Source: Octopus bimaculoides (lineage: Eukaryota). Taken from it: DNA of 64,000 nucleotides. The stretch spans positions 150,800,556-150,864,555 of the forward strand of contig NC_068981.1 of NCBI RefSeq assembly GCF_001194135.2, given 5' to 3'. Of this stretch, positions 51,903 to 63,955 are shown piece by piece. Below the pieces are notes generated by a model. The model ran no database searches, had not been told where the DNA came from, and was given only the letters and a program-made list of their open reading frames with translations. The first letter of the stretch is position 1. Every line of letters begins with the position of its first letter. The translations under genes were made by a program, and so were the position numbers.

Positions 51903-52305
51903 AGGAGTGGCTGTGTGGTAAGTAGCTTGCTTACCAACCACATGGTTCCGGGTTCAGTCCCACTGCGTGGCACCTTGGGCAAGTGTCTTTTACTACAGCC
52001 TCGGGCCGACCAAAGCCTTGTGAGTGGATTTGGTAGACAGAAACTGAAAGAAGCCCATCGTATATATACATATATATATATATGTGTGTGTTTGTGTGTC
52101 TGTGTTTGCCCACCATCGCTTGACAACCGATGCTGGTGTGTTTACGTCCCCGTAACTTAGCGGTTCGGCAAAAAGAGACCTGTAGAATAAGTACTAGGCT
52201 TACAAAGAATAAGTCCTGGGGTTGATTTGATCGACTAAAGGCGGTGCTCCAGCATGGCCGCAGTCAAATGACTGAAACAAGTAAAAGAGTAAAAGAGTAA
52301 AGAGT
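51903..52305 (+). mobile_element. Full-length young SINE family A copy
   Basis: Head ggagtggctgtgtggtaag...ggttccgggttcagtccc, internal (TA)n(TG)n, tail (gtaaaaga)x3. Confidence 0.9.
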
Positions 52306-52654
52306 TAGTTGTTTATGGGAATTTCTATAATTTCTATAGAGTAACAATGTAGTTTCTATTGTTGAACTGAAGAACTACAAAAAAGAAGTTGGAAAGTTGG
52401 AAGATTGGTGTAAATTCAGAAAGTCTGTTTGTGAAAATGAACAAGATTGAAACTAAACATTGTTACAGAATCCACAAATTCCAGCATCATATGGTAACTG
52501 GTTTCATTCAACAAGTAGGAAGTTGTAATAGGACTTCGTCCAATGTAGTTAAGCAACAATAACTGGTACATCAAATGCACTGGAATAGCAGATGCACTTT
52601 GGAGTTATGGACTAAAAATCAGGAAGAAATTTTCACTACATATTTTCAGGCTGT

Positions 52655-53040
52655 TGTTTAGCATCAGATCAGCTCCGATCAAGCAGACAAATGATAACAG
52701 ATGTTCAAATCATGAACATTCTATTCTGAGGTTCAATATCCAGGACCATAACATCCAGCCTGTCTGTCTTCTCTTTTATTTTTGATAATAGGGTGTGATT
52801 TTAAGGAAATTCAACTGTTGTTTCTAGCAGGTTGAACAAGAGAGTGGATTGGAAGAATTTGTAAGATATCAGGCAAAATGCCTTATCTGTCGTCGAAGGC
52901 ATTCCAACTGTGACCAATTCATCTTTTTCTATATATCTAAGATTACAATATTTTATGTATTCCTTTCTGTAAGCAGCGATTAGAACAAGATTTAGCTACT
53001 ATTTCTAGCAGGTTCAGCAACCACATGGAAGCTCCTACCT
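52655..53040 (+). repeat. Dispersed repeat family C (signature gatttggctgctatttctagcagg...caacca); many old copies
   Basis: The signature recurs at about 33580, 43860, 44290, 48130, 49020, 50360, 52810, 52990 and 53610, and reversed near 5330-5500 and 24680-24820. Confidence 0.7.
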
Positions 53041-53272
53041 AGGCTTAATATGATCAAAATGGTGGTGGTGGTGGTGGTACTTTAGAAGAGCTAGTCCACA
53101 ATACACACAAAGACTGAAGTAGGAAAGAAGAGAAAGTAAAAGGAATACAAGGTGTGTTGAAAAGAAAAACAGAGGAGAGATGGAAAGAAAGAAAACAGGA
53201 AACGAAGAAATTTGAGAAATTAGAACTCAAAGAGAGTAAGGATGAAATGTAGTGACTGGTTTATAGAATAAA

Positions 53273-53480
53273 CGGTACTACTAAAGCAGCACGGTACCGA
53301 ACGCGCAGTCGCGCGTCCGCGCTAGCTAGTCTTGAGTGGTCGATCCTAACCCTAACCCTGTCCCTAACCCTATCCCTAACCCGCGTGTGCAAATGAATAC
53401 GTGTTTAGGGTTAGGGTTAGGAATAGAGTTAGGGTTAGGATCGACTGCGCGTTCGGGACCGTGCTGCTTTAGTAGTACCG
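53273..53480. mobile_element. 208-bp MITE-like foldback with inward telomere-like repeats
   Basis: 39-bp TIRs (53273-53311 / 53442-53480, 1 mismatch); aataaa duplicated at 53267-53272 and 53481-53486; (CCCTAA)-like array at 53345-53382 and (TTAGGG)-like array at 53405-53439. Confidence 0.9.
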
Positions 53481-53739
53481 AATAAATTACCGAAAACGAG
53501 TAAAAGGGACAGAGCAGAAGACAGTGCTATAACAGTCCTGTTTGTTATAGTGTATAGACTACATTTAAAATGTAATTCATTTTAAGACAGTAGGGTGTGT
53601 GACATGATGAACATCTACTGCTATTTCTAGCAGGTCAAACAACCATGATGAAGCTCTCTTGTTAGCTGGAACAAAAAAAATGATTGTTCTGGTCTATCCC
53701 ACCAAGTCTACCCTGGTCAAGCACAGCTGTGTATGAGCG

Positions 53740-53885
53740 AACTGGCGTGGTCCCAGGAATTTTTCGAAGGGAGGGCACAAGGTCAAAAGGGAATACAATT
53801 CCAGGAGAAACGGGTGTAATAACATTATTTAGAAGGGTGCACTTTTTTTCTTGAGGGGGCACGTGCCCTTCAGGCACCCTCTTTA
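53740..53885. mobile_element. Degenerate GC-rich MITE (PIF/hAT-like end motifs)
   Basis: actggcgtggtcccaggaattttttcgaagggagggcac ... gagggggcacgtgccc resembles common GC-rich MITE termini; a similar fragment lies at about 60-185. Confidence 0.35.
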
Positions 53886-54910
53886 GTAAAGGTGTTCCAC
53901 TTATGCCCATATCGCTCTATTTTCATACATAGTATGCCTAAAACTACATATGTGTCATTCATATTTTAAAACGATTTGAAAATTTAGCTACTGTTTCTAG
54001 CTACGAGTGAACACGCAAAGCAGACATGGAAAATCTTTTACGGGAAGCAACATTAGACATGGATCATCATCAGACTACGCAATTTGTCCATCATTGACGT
54101 AGAAGCACCTTAAGAAAGTTAATCTATAGTGGTGGGTAAGTATTTAGAAATGAATGAAGGGTGGTGAGGCATGAGAATCGGGAAGGTAAGAGGAAAGGAA
54201 ATCAGAAAAGGTCAGACAATATAGAGCTCTACGAGTAGGAGAAACTGAGAACAGGAGCAAATTGTTGTTTAGCACCAGGTTTGCTCTGCATAAACTCGTG
54301 ATCAATGTTATTCCTTACATGACCACCTTGTCTATTTTTGTTAAGACGATAGGATATATATAAGAGAATTAGGTTGTTATTTCTAGAATGACGAACGACA
54401 ATTTAGAAGCCTCTTCGTTATAAGAAAGGCAGAGGGGGAATTCGAGATGGATGTATAAAATGAGACACAATTGGGCAGGAGTCAGATTAGGGAAAGAATA
54501 AAAGAAAGGATTAATTGGAATAAGTGGGGAGGAGAGAATAGAAGGAAGGAAATACAGAGGGCAGAGAGGGAAACGGAGAAGTGGACGAGGAAAAAAAAGG
54601 AAACAATTAAGAAAGAATATCGGTAAAGAGAAAGAGAGAAAAATCATTTATACATCTAGTGAAAAGAGTGGTTAGAGGAAAGAAAAGGAAACAAGAATAA
54701 AATAAAGTGAAGAAGAGTGAGAAGTGAAAAGGTGAGAAAGAAAGTAAATAGAGGTAATTATTATCAGAGAATGTGTCAGGCTAACAAGAAAAATACAGCA
54801 AAGATGAATGTCAGAAAAGAATTGGTTAGGTTTCCATAGACACACAACCAGCAACATATAAGACGTCCGCCTTCGTTTCATTACAAAGAGGACAGAAAGG
54901 GTATGAGAGA

Positions 54911-54941
<31 letters not shown>

Positions 54942-55280
54942 GAGTGAGGAAGAGGAAGAGAAAGACGATGACATCATCAGATATTTGTACGAGAATAGTA
55001 TGATGATGGTAGGTATAGTAATATTAGGGGAGTAAGTAGGGGAATACAGAAAAATTATTAGTGTCGCTGCGGGGGCTGATGGAGATACATAACGGACGAA
55101 GATGATAAACTAGAAAAAGTTGACATACAGACAAGTAGGTATGAGAATACAAGCTTAATACAGACACATGCACACATCATGTTCACCTGCTTAAACAGAA
55201 AATAGAATACCCGTCCACATGACTGAAGAAACATCTAGTCAGTAACTTAAACGTGCCGGTTTACGTGTACATGGTGTGTG

Positions 55281-55326
<46 letters not shown>

Positions 55327-55382
55327 CATAATTTACATATAGCTGTATGTGCGCGCACGCGGACATAATGTATATACATGTG

Positions 55383-55427
<45 letters not shown>

Positions 55428-55439
55428 CATACCTCTGGA

Positions 55440-55789
55440 TATCCTGTTGCTTATTTTGATTTTACACACATATATATATATATATACACACACATACATA
55501 TACCTATATATATATACACATAAATCTACACATACCTATATATATATATATATAAATCTACACATACCTATATATATATACATATATACACATACCTATA
55601 TATATATATATACATATATACACATACCTATATATACACATACCTATATATACACACATACATATATACACATACCTATATATACACACATACATATATA
55701 CACATACATATATACACATACCTATATATACACATACATACATACACATACCTATATATACACATACATACATACACATACCTATATAT

Positions 55790-55848
<59 letters not shown>

Positions 55849-55883
55849 AATATATATATATATATGCACAAGCATACACATAT

Positions 55884-55918
<35 letters not shown>

Positions 55919-55960
55919 CATACATACACACACACACACATACACACATGAATATACATA
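55440..55960 (+). repeat. Compound (TA)/(CA) minisatellite with catacc-tatata units
   Basis: Recurrent cacatacctatatatacaca units; source of the 268-aa I/Y/H/T ORF. Confidence 0.9.
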
Positions 55961-57440
55961 CGTACACATGCATCCGTGCGTATGTGTGCGCGTGTGGTTT
56001 ACTCAAAGCACCACTCATGACCTTTGCAACCACACTTGAGATTGGTACAGAGGAGGAAGACAGGAAAAAGGAAACCACGAGTCATATAGGAAACAGTATT
56101 ACTACAATGCTCTCACAGAAGATTATTGCAAAAGAGTGGACTTCCAACCAACAAGGACACCCAAAGACGAGACCGTGGTGTTAAACCGAGTGACGAATTA
56201 AACTGTGCACGCATTCAATTCATATACTGATGTGATTTATCCAATTCTTCCTTTCTAAATTAAATTTTTTTTTTAAATCTCTGGAAATTTCCAACTGCCA
56301 CACACCTAGCTACGAATGTTCCAGCTGAACATCAACAATATTACGATCGGCTGCTTTTTTTCCACTCCTGGCGCGGCGCGAGTTACAAAGGTCATAAGTA
56401 ATGCCTCTCTTATCTTGAGTGAATGAATGTGTGAATGTTTGAGCGGGACCGATAAATAAAGTACCAGTACAAGGGACGACTTGTTTTCTTTCTTATCGGA
56501 AGAAACCATGGCCGATCCTCGAGTTTGAAGGATCGGCCATGCTAGGTTTAAAATGCCTAAAACACACCTCATAACTCAATAAGGATTTGAGCGCCAAAGG
56601 GTGAATATCTAACAATATGTATGTGTGCGTGTCTTTGTATGTATGTATGTATGTGTGTATATATGTATGTATGTATGTGTGTATGTATGTATGCATATAT
56701 GTATGTAAGCGCATGTATGTAAGTAGACGTTTGTGTGTGGTGTGTGTATACTGATATGTGTAAATACACAGGCAAACACACCATAGAATGTGTGAATGTA
56801 TTTGAAAAGAAAATAATCAAATTCTCGAAAAGTGTGGCTTGAAAGGAATCTGTATGGAAGTGGAATCGACAAAAAAAAAGTCAATAAACAGTCACTATAT
56901 ATAAAAAAATAACTAATTGATACTAACATCATCTTTTACACTACTTTCAAAGATTCATTAATATAGAGGTTGTTTTTAATCATAATATCTGTCCCGATTG
57001 TGCAGACAAGACGTTCCAAATATGACTCATTTGTCTTTCTTCTCTTTTTCAGACATATAATTCAGGACAACCTTATTCAAATGTCCTCTCTTCATAAAGA
57101 ACAGGTATTGTGCTTTAAGGGAGTTTGGGCTCCTACTTCTAGTAGACCAAACAACAATGTTGAAGCTCCTTCATTGAGGAGATTAGATGGTTTTTAAGTG
57201 GTAAGATTAGATTATGTAGAGAAGCATACCAATTGCAAATGACACACGAAAATGAAGACGAGGGGAGGAGAAATCAAAACTTTTGTGAATCCTTTCCTGA
57301 ATCACAAATTCGTTAACCCTTTTTTTTTTTTTTTAATCTGCTGATTTAAAGAATGTTTTCAAGGATAATTTTCTGTTTCATCTGATTTTAACCTTTGAAA
57401 GGGCAAAGACTGAGGAAAATATCATTGGTACCCTACTTAC

Positions 57441-57495
57441 ATCGTGTCAAATATTACCAAGGAAACGTTCGGATACGAGAGGTACAGACACCCAC
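57441..57495 (-). CDS. Candidate 55-nt exon (xGCLYLSYPNVSLVIFDTx), product unknown
   Basis: ccccctctctttcaag|...ACACGAT|gtaagt; one open frame (phase 1/2). Confidence 0.25.
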
Positions 57496-57919
57496 CTTGA
57501 AAGAGAGGGGGGGGGGAGAATTACTTTCAGTCACTATTGTTCAGATCAGCCTATGATTTAAGGTATTCCAAATCAAGTTTGATCATCCTTCGTTTTCGTT
57601 CAGACGTCGTAAACCTTGAACTACATTAATTTAACGTCTCGTCTGTTTGTTTTTTCTTTGACAGTGGGATGTAATTTGATAGAAACCTGATCGTTACTTT
57701 TAGTATGCTTGACTAGCTTAGTGATTCCCTTGGATCAACTGCAAATGGACACCAGCCGGGACGACAGGTACAAAATATTTTTAAAATGCCAATTTCAAGA
57801 AGAAAAATAATGGTTTCCGATCTAACAATGACTTTTAATGTAGCCATGGTGTGACATAAATTGGAATGTGAAGTGGGGTGCATACACCAATAATTTAACA
57901 AGAACTTGTTTTAACAAGC

Positions 57920-58330
57920 ACAAAAGAATGAAAAACAAAGTTGACATGGGCGGGATGTGAACTCTAAAAGTGAATAAATATTCGCAATGACTCAATGCCA
58001 AATATTTTGAAGAAGAGTATAATCGATTATATTGATCTCAATAAACTTTCTGGTGCGTTATTTTATCGATCCTGGAAATGTAAAAGGTAAAGGTTGAACT
58101 TGGCGGGATGTAAAACCCAAAACGTAAGGACCTTAACTCAGAATTGGTTTCTGAGTGTACGGAGTTAAGTCGATATCATTGAATTTAGTAATTGACATAT
58201 TTTTTATTATCGACGCCGAAAGGATGAACGGCAAAGTAGACCACTACTGGGCTTTAACTCAGAACGTGAAGAGCCGGTACAAATAGTACAAAGCACTTTT
58301 CTCGACATTGACGTTTCTGCCAAACCACCA
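57920..58330 (-). mobile_element. Cluster of old SINE family B fragments with CpGs retained
   Basis: ttatcgatcc...aaaggtaaaggttgaacttggcggg; ttatcgacgccgaaaggatgaacggcaaagtagacc...aactcagaacg. Confidence 0.7.
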
Positions 58331-59519
58331 GCTTGACCTTAAAATATTACAAGGTCTTTTGACCGATACTTAGCGGAGATTTGACAGAGCTAGATATACC
58401 TCATCGTGAATGAAGGAAGCATGGAGTTGGGGAATGAAAATTGAAATATTTTTGTGAAAAAAACAAAACAAAATTCATTTGGAATTGTAATTCCAAGCGG
58501 ATGAATACTAAAAAAAGGAAATAAATAAAATATGAAAATAAAGGGATTTAAGACTGTGCTCATTTTCTTCCCCATTAAGAAGGGATAGACATTACAAAAT
58601 CTCATCCCATGCTTACATCCCGTCGATCTACTGGGCACAAAGCCAGCAATTTGTTAGGAAATGGGGTTAATCGACCACATCTACTCCAGTGCTCAACTGC
58701 TACTCATTTTATTGACCCCGTAATAAAATTAACAATTATTTCTAGGACATCAGATTTAAAAGGGGAAATAAGATTTTCTGTGTATCTTTACGAGATGGTT
58801 TTCACATTATATTTTTATCATATTCACCTGAAGGGAGTACACAAGTACCGGCTTGGCTGTGATGGCTACAAACTTAACTAGAAATTGATCAGTCACTTTT
58901 AACCACCCCCTCTCTCTCTCTTTCATCAGCGTGATTTGAACTCACGTGCAGCCGACGATTTTATCTCATGACTTTCGCCATCACCACTATTGTCCTGTAA
59001 ATTATGTTGTACCATATCAACAATCAGTGACTAAGTTAGAATAAGCAAAATACTCACACGGGAATCAGTTCCTTTATTTCATGTGTTTCGTAGATATTTA
59101 TTTTCAATAGAAAACCCTTAGAGTGGAAAATAGGAAGAAAGTGATGGATTTCTCAATTTTGAAACAAAAAGATAAAATACACAAAATAAGTTATGTCAAG
59201 TAATCGCATTCAGGAGTCGAAATGCTTTGTTTTATTCGTAAACCTTACATCAGCTCGTTCAACCGACCACATCTCGTAGAAATATGGAAACATATGTGGC
59301 GAGGAAGTTCTTGGTATTAATCAGGAATCTTCCCCACCTGGGCACAAGTTAACGAAAGCTAACGTGAAAGTTATCCATAACTGCATATTAATGTGTACAT
59401 AAGTGTGTGCGAGTACACACGCGTACACCCACACACACACACACGAATGTGTGTTTATACATATATTACATTTACATATATATATGTATGTGTATATACA
59501 TACAGGTGTATATGTAGGG

Positions 59520-59563
<44 letters not shown>

Positions 59564-59574
59564 NNNNNNNNNNT

Positions 59575-59790
59575 ATACGTTATATATATATATATATATG
59601 TTCGTTATATATATATATATTAATATGTATGTATATATGTTCGTTATATATATATATATATTAATATGTATGTATATATGTTCGTTATATATATATATAT
59701 TAATATGTATGTATATATGTTCGTTATATATATATTATGTATGTATATATGTTCGTTATATATATATATATTATATATATATGTGTGTGT
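59575..59790 (+). repeat. About 39-41 bp TA-rich minisatellite (gttcgtta core)
   Basis: gttcg at 59600, 59639, 59680, 59719 and 59751. Confidence 0.9.
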
Positions 59791-60026
59791 ATATATTCGT
59801 TATATATATATAATATATAAGGAGAGAGACGGGCTGAGCGAGTGGGAGAGACAGAGAGAGAGACCTTGGTACCTCTACTCTTTCATAGAATTTTAACAAT
59901 ACTGGCATGTTCGGTGGTTCTTTTTTCACAAGGCAGCACAACTATAAAACTATAATCCACGTAAGAAATAAATATGAAGAAAATGTTTATTTATCCTAAA
60001 CTCCCTTCGCACCGTAGATGCATTAC

Positions 60027-60131
60027 CGGAATATGTTAGTCTTAAGTGTACGCCTTCTATCGACTCCCTAGTTGTCAGGTCTTCATAGGAGGGAGCTGTC
60101 ATCGTTTGATTATGTGGTGCTATTTCGTAGG
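60027..60131 (-). CDS. Candidate start-codon exon (MTAPSYEDLTTRESIEGVHLRLTYS-), product unknown
   Basis: Acceptor ...atatctag| at 60132-60134, ATG at 60102-60100, donor TTCCG|gtaatg; phase 1 matches the 57441-57495 exon. Confidence 0.2.
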
Positions 60132-60779
60132 CTAGATATTTAAGCATGCAATTCAACAGGAGAAAAACATAATCACAGATTTGTCCGTTATGGTACTTGT
60201 TAAATGTAAAGATATTTTCTTTATAAAATTCATTTATGAATAACGCTTGCCCATTTTTTTTTTAATACAGAATAGAGGGAGCGTGCGAGAAATAAAATTA
60301 TGAAAGAAGGAAGTTTGTATTTGTGTTAATGAAGACGAAAGAGAAAGAAAATATGCGAAACGTGAGCAAACATCACGAGTACAGACCTTTAACAGAAATA
60401 CACGTACGTTCGCACATCACTGGCTCCACCATAAACAAAGTAGAAGCGACAGCATTAAGCGGAATTTCAAAACGTTCAGGACACACGGTTGCCAACACAC
60501 GAGTTACATACATAAACACACACACATAATATATGCATGTATATAGAGAGAGAGAGGGGGGGAGACAGACGGACAGACTCAGATGTTATAGAGTGTTTCA
60601 ATGTGCGTGTGGTTTTAGGCTCATGCGTATGGAAATAAATGTTCTTGCATTGATTCTTCATTGAATAAATGATGACAAATCTTGTCGGGATGAGTGCGTA
60701 GGAAGCTGGCTGAGAGAGAATCTACTGGTCGCTAAAAAAGGGGAATAAAGGAGACCATAAAGCGAGTGTATATACCGGA

Positions 60780-61180
60780 TGGATAGATAGAAAGATAGAT
60801 AGATAGATAGATAAGAGATAGACAGAGATATATATATATATATATATATAAATGATAGATAGCTAAGAGAGTGGCAGATAGATAGATAAGAGTGGTAGAT
60901 AGATAGATAAGAGTGATGGATAGATAGATAGATAAATAAATAGGAAGATAAGAGTGATAGAAAGAAAGAAAGAAAAGAGTGATAGATAGATAGAAAGAAA
61001 GAAAGATAAGAGTGATAGATAGAAAGGAAGAAAGAAAAGAGTGATAGATAGATAGAAAGAAAAAGATAAGAGTGATAGATAGATAGATAGATAGATAAGA
61101 GTGATAGATAAATAGATAGACAAGAGAGTGATAGATAAATAGATAGACAAGAGAGTGATAGATAGATAGATAGATATGAA
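60780..61180 (+). repeat. (GATA)n-derived purine-rich minisatellite (gataagagtgatagatag units)
   Basis: aagagtgatag recurs at about 24-30 bp spacing. Confidence 0.9.
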
Positions 61181-61817
61181 ACTGTATAAGAGTGAGAAAT
61201 AGGAAAAGACAGGTAGACGGAAAGATCGATCAATCAATAGATTAGAGATCGGTAACCAGTATACTGTATGTTTTTGTGTCACCAATCTAAAGATAGAACA
61301 AGACGGGCAGACTAATAAAAGCTATAAAGCTGCAACATCGTGAAAGTAAATGACGGAAGAGACAGGTTGTTGTTGTTCGTTGAAGTGAAGCAGTCTAGGT
61401 GCATCATACATATGCTGACGGTTCGGATACTAACAAGTGGAAGAAAGCTTAATAATAAATAATAAAACAAATAACCAGAACGTCCAACAGATAGCAGCAG
61501 CAACAGTAGTTCTAGTAGGAGAAGTAATTTAAAGAGGTATATTACCACTAAGGGTCTTTATTTATTAAAGGTAGAGAAATTCTTTGAAGTGAAGTATGTG
61601 TACGTGTGTGTACATATAAGTATGTGCATGTGTGCGCGTGCTACGCTAGTAAATACAGAGAAAGAGAAAATCTGAGACAATCGAACATTTGCCAATTTCA
61701 ACCAAAAATGAAGCTGTGTTTCGAAGAAAATATTGTATTGGTAATACATGAAATTTCTTCTCTACGTTGAAAGGTATGACTAAGCAGAGATATGCGTATA
61801 TAGAATTAAATAAAACT

Positions 61818-61855
<38 letters not shown>

Positions 61856-62000
61856 TATACTCATATATTGTATATNNNNNNNNNNTATATATATATATAT
61901 ATATATACATATACTCATATATTATTTGTGTGTATATATATAAATATATATATATATATATCTCAAATATAAGATAGGTTATATTAAATTAAAGACTTAC

Positions 62001-62056
62001 CTTTTAATAATTGTTTTAATTTAAGTTCCACAGGGATAAATAATGAATAAATAGAT
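62001..62056 (-). other. Candidate 56-nt exon, probably 5' UTR
   Basis: tttttttttaatgttttcttcag|ATCTA...TTAAAAG|gtaagt, consensus-quality sites at both ends; no ATG inside. Confidence 0.5.
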
Positions 62057-62531
62057 CTGAAGAAAACATTAAAAAAAAACCCTCGTTTAAATAAAAGAAA
62101 ATGGTATATAGTAACAATAAATAATGGTCCGTTATATAGTAAGCACTTCTATTGTAATGGCAAGGCAGGCTTTCCCCTCCGCAATACAAGATACTCTCTC
62201 TATATATATTGGTGTTTTCTTGTAGCAGTTTCTCCCTCTCTCCCTTCTTTCTTCTTTACACACACACTCTTTCTCTCTCCCTCCCTTTCTCTCTCTTTGT
62301 CTCTGTCACTTCTGCAGAATCTTTAGAGCTGCAACAGTTTTCGATAATTATCAGCCCAGTTGCACTCAACAAATCAGTCTGCACTGAAAACAACGAAATT
62401 CATCGCGAGATGCTCTCTTAGTAATGATGACAATGCAAATAGATGAGACCGTGCGAAGAACATAACATCTATTTAGGATTTTCAGCGGAATTTCGTATAC
62501 ATATTTATTAGAAATTTTAACATAACATTTT

Positions 62532-62720
62532 ACTCACCAAGAAAACAGCGTGTATAAAACTGTGTGTGTGTGCATCACACTAACTCATAAGCGCATGTGC
62601 CCGTGAATGTGTTGAATGGAGGGAGATTTGATCTTACAAACATGTACAATATGTATATCTATGTGTACGTCTATGTTCGTTCATTATTATTGAAAAATAA
62701 AACGGATATTAGATTGGGTA
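62532..62720 (-). promoter_or_regulatory. Candidate first-exon donor and promoter region
   Basis: TTG|gtgagt donor at 62538/62537; CCAAT (attgg on +) at about 62714; CpG-normal context. TSS not determinable. Confidence 0.25.
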
Positions 62721-63037
62721 TAAGCAATTGTAATTAATATGAGGACCTGTGCATGTATGAACATCCCAGTTTTCCGCATTTCAGGGACAACAATATGCAA
62801 TATAACCTCCCTTATTTTAAAGAGAGGGGTAGGTCTGGCTGGCTGCTTCTATGTTTGTATATATGTTATGAGCACGCGACACTGATAGTGAAAGCGTACA
62901 GAACTGGTTGGTTGATTTAGATAAAAGAAATGAGCGTATATTTTGGGACAATTTAAAGCGTGTGTATTTGTGCGCGCGCACATAATACATAATTTGTGCT
63001 CGATTTGAATAGTCCTAAAATACACACACACACATAC

Positions 63038-63090
<53 letters not shown>

Positions 63091-63092
<2 letters not shown>

Positions 63093-63217
63093 GGGTGTTC
63101 ACAAAGACTGGGTACATGGAGTAAATAAAATCATAACATAAACAATTAAATGTAAGAAATAATAATTTCTTAAAGTATGTGTTAATCTCTATGTACCCAG
63201 ACTTTGTGGACACATTG
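63091..63217. mobile_element. 127-bp Tc1/mariner-type MITE, copy 2
   Basis: cagggtgttcacaaagactgggtacatgga ... tacccagactttgtggacacattg|TA; interior is the reverse complement of 41152-41278. Confidence 0.9.
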
Positions 63218-63414
63218 TATNNNNNNNNNNNNNNNNNNNNNNNNNNNNNNNNNNNNNNNNNNNNNNNNNNNNNNNNNNNNNNNNNNNNNNNNNNNNNNNN
63301 NNNNNNNNNNNNNNNNNNNNNNNNNNNNNNNNNNNNNNNNNNNNNNNNNNNNNNNNNNNNNNNNNNNNNNNNNNNNNNNNNNNNNNNNNNNNNNNNNNNN
63401 ATACATGTATACAT

Positions 63415-63790
63415 TCGTTTTCTTTTACTCGTATCCGTCATTTGACTGCGGCCATGCTGGAGCACTGCCTTGAAGGGTTTTCGGTCGACAAATCGCCCCC
63501 AGGACTTATTTTTTAACCTTAGAACTTATTCTATTGGTCTTTTGTACCGAAACGCTAAGTTATGATGACGTAAACCCACCAACACTAGTTGTCAAGTAGT
63601 GACGGGGACAAACACAAACACACACATATATACGACAAGCTTCTTTCAATTGCCATCTACCAAATCCACTCACAAGGCTTTGGTCGGCCCAAGGCTATAG
63701 TAGAAGGCACTTGCCCAAAGTGCCAGGCAGTGGGACTGAACCCAGAACTATGTGGTTGGAAAGCAAGCTTCTTTCCCGACGGCCACGCCA
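63415..63790 (-). mobile_element. SINE family A copy
   Basis: Collinear with 16037-16528 but with a short internal microsatellite. Confidence 0.85.
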
Positions 63791-63955
63791 GGACCTATAA
63801 TATGTGTATAACATATATACATTCCTTCTCTGGTCACAATCCAGAGAAGGAATACTCAATACAAACGCAGAGTGCTGCAGTTTAGTTCAGTGACCTGTTG
63901 TTTCAGACTAAACTGGTCTATTTATAGATATACACTACCACATATACATATAAAC

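Noticed and set aside
53345-53439. Ancient telomere-telomere fusion site
   Set aside because: Fusion would give TTAGGG then CCCTAA; here the order is reversed and the repeats are enclosed by TIRs and a TSD.
55378-56184. 268-aa ORF and the many other I/Y/H/T or C/V/M-rich ORFs
   Set aside because: Translations of (TA)n, (CA)n and (ATAC)n tracts, which lack stops; not protein-like.
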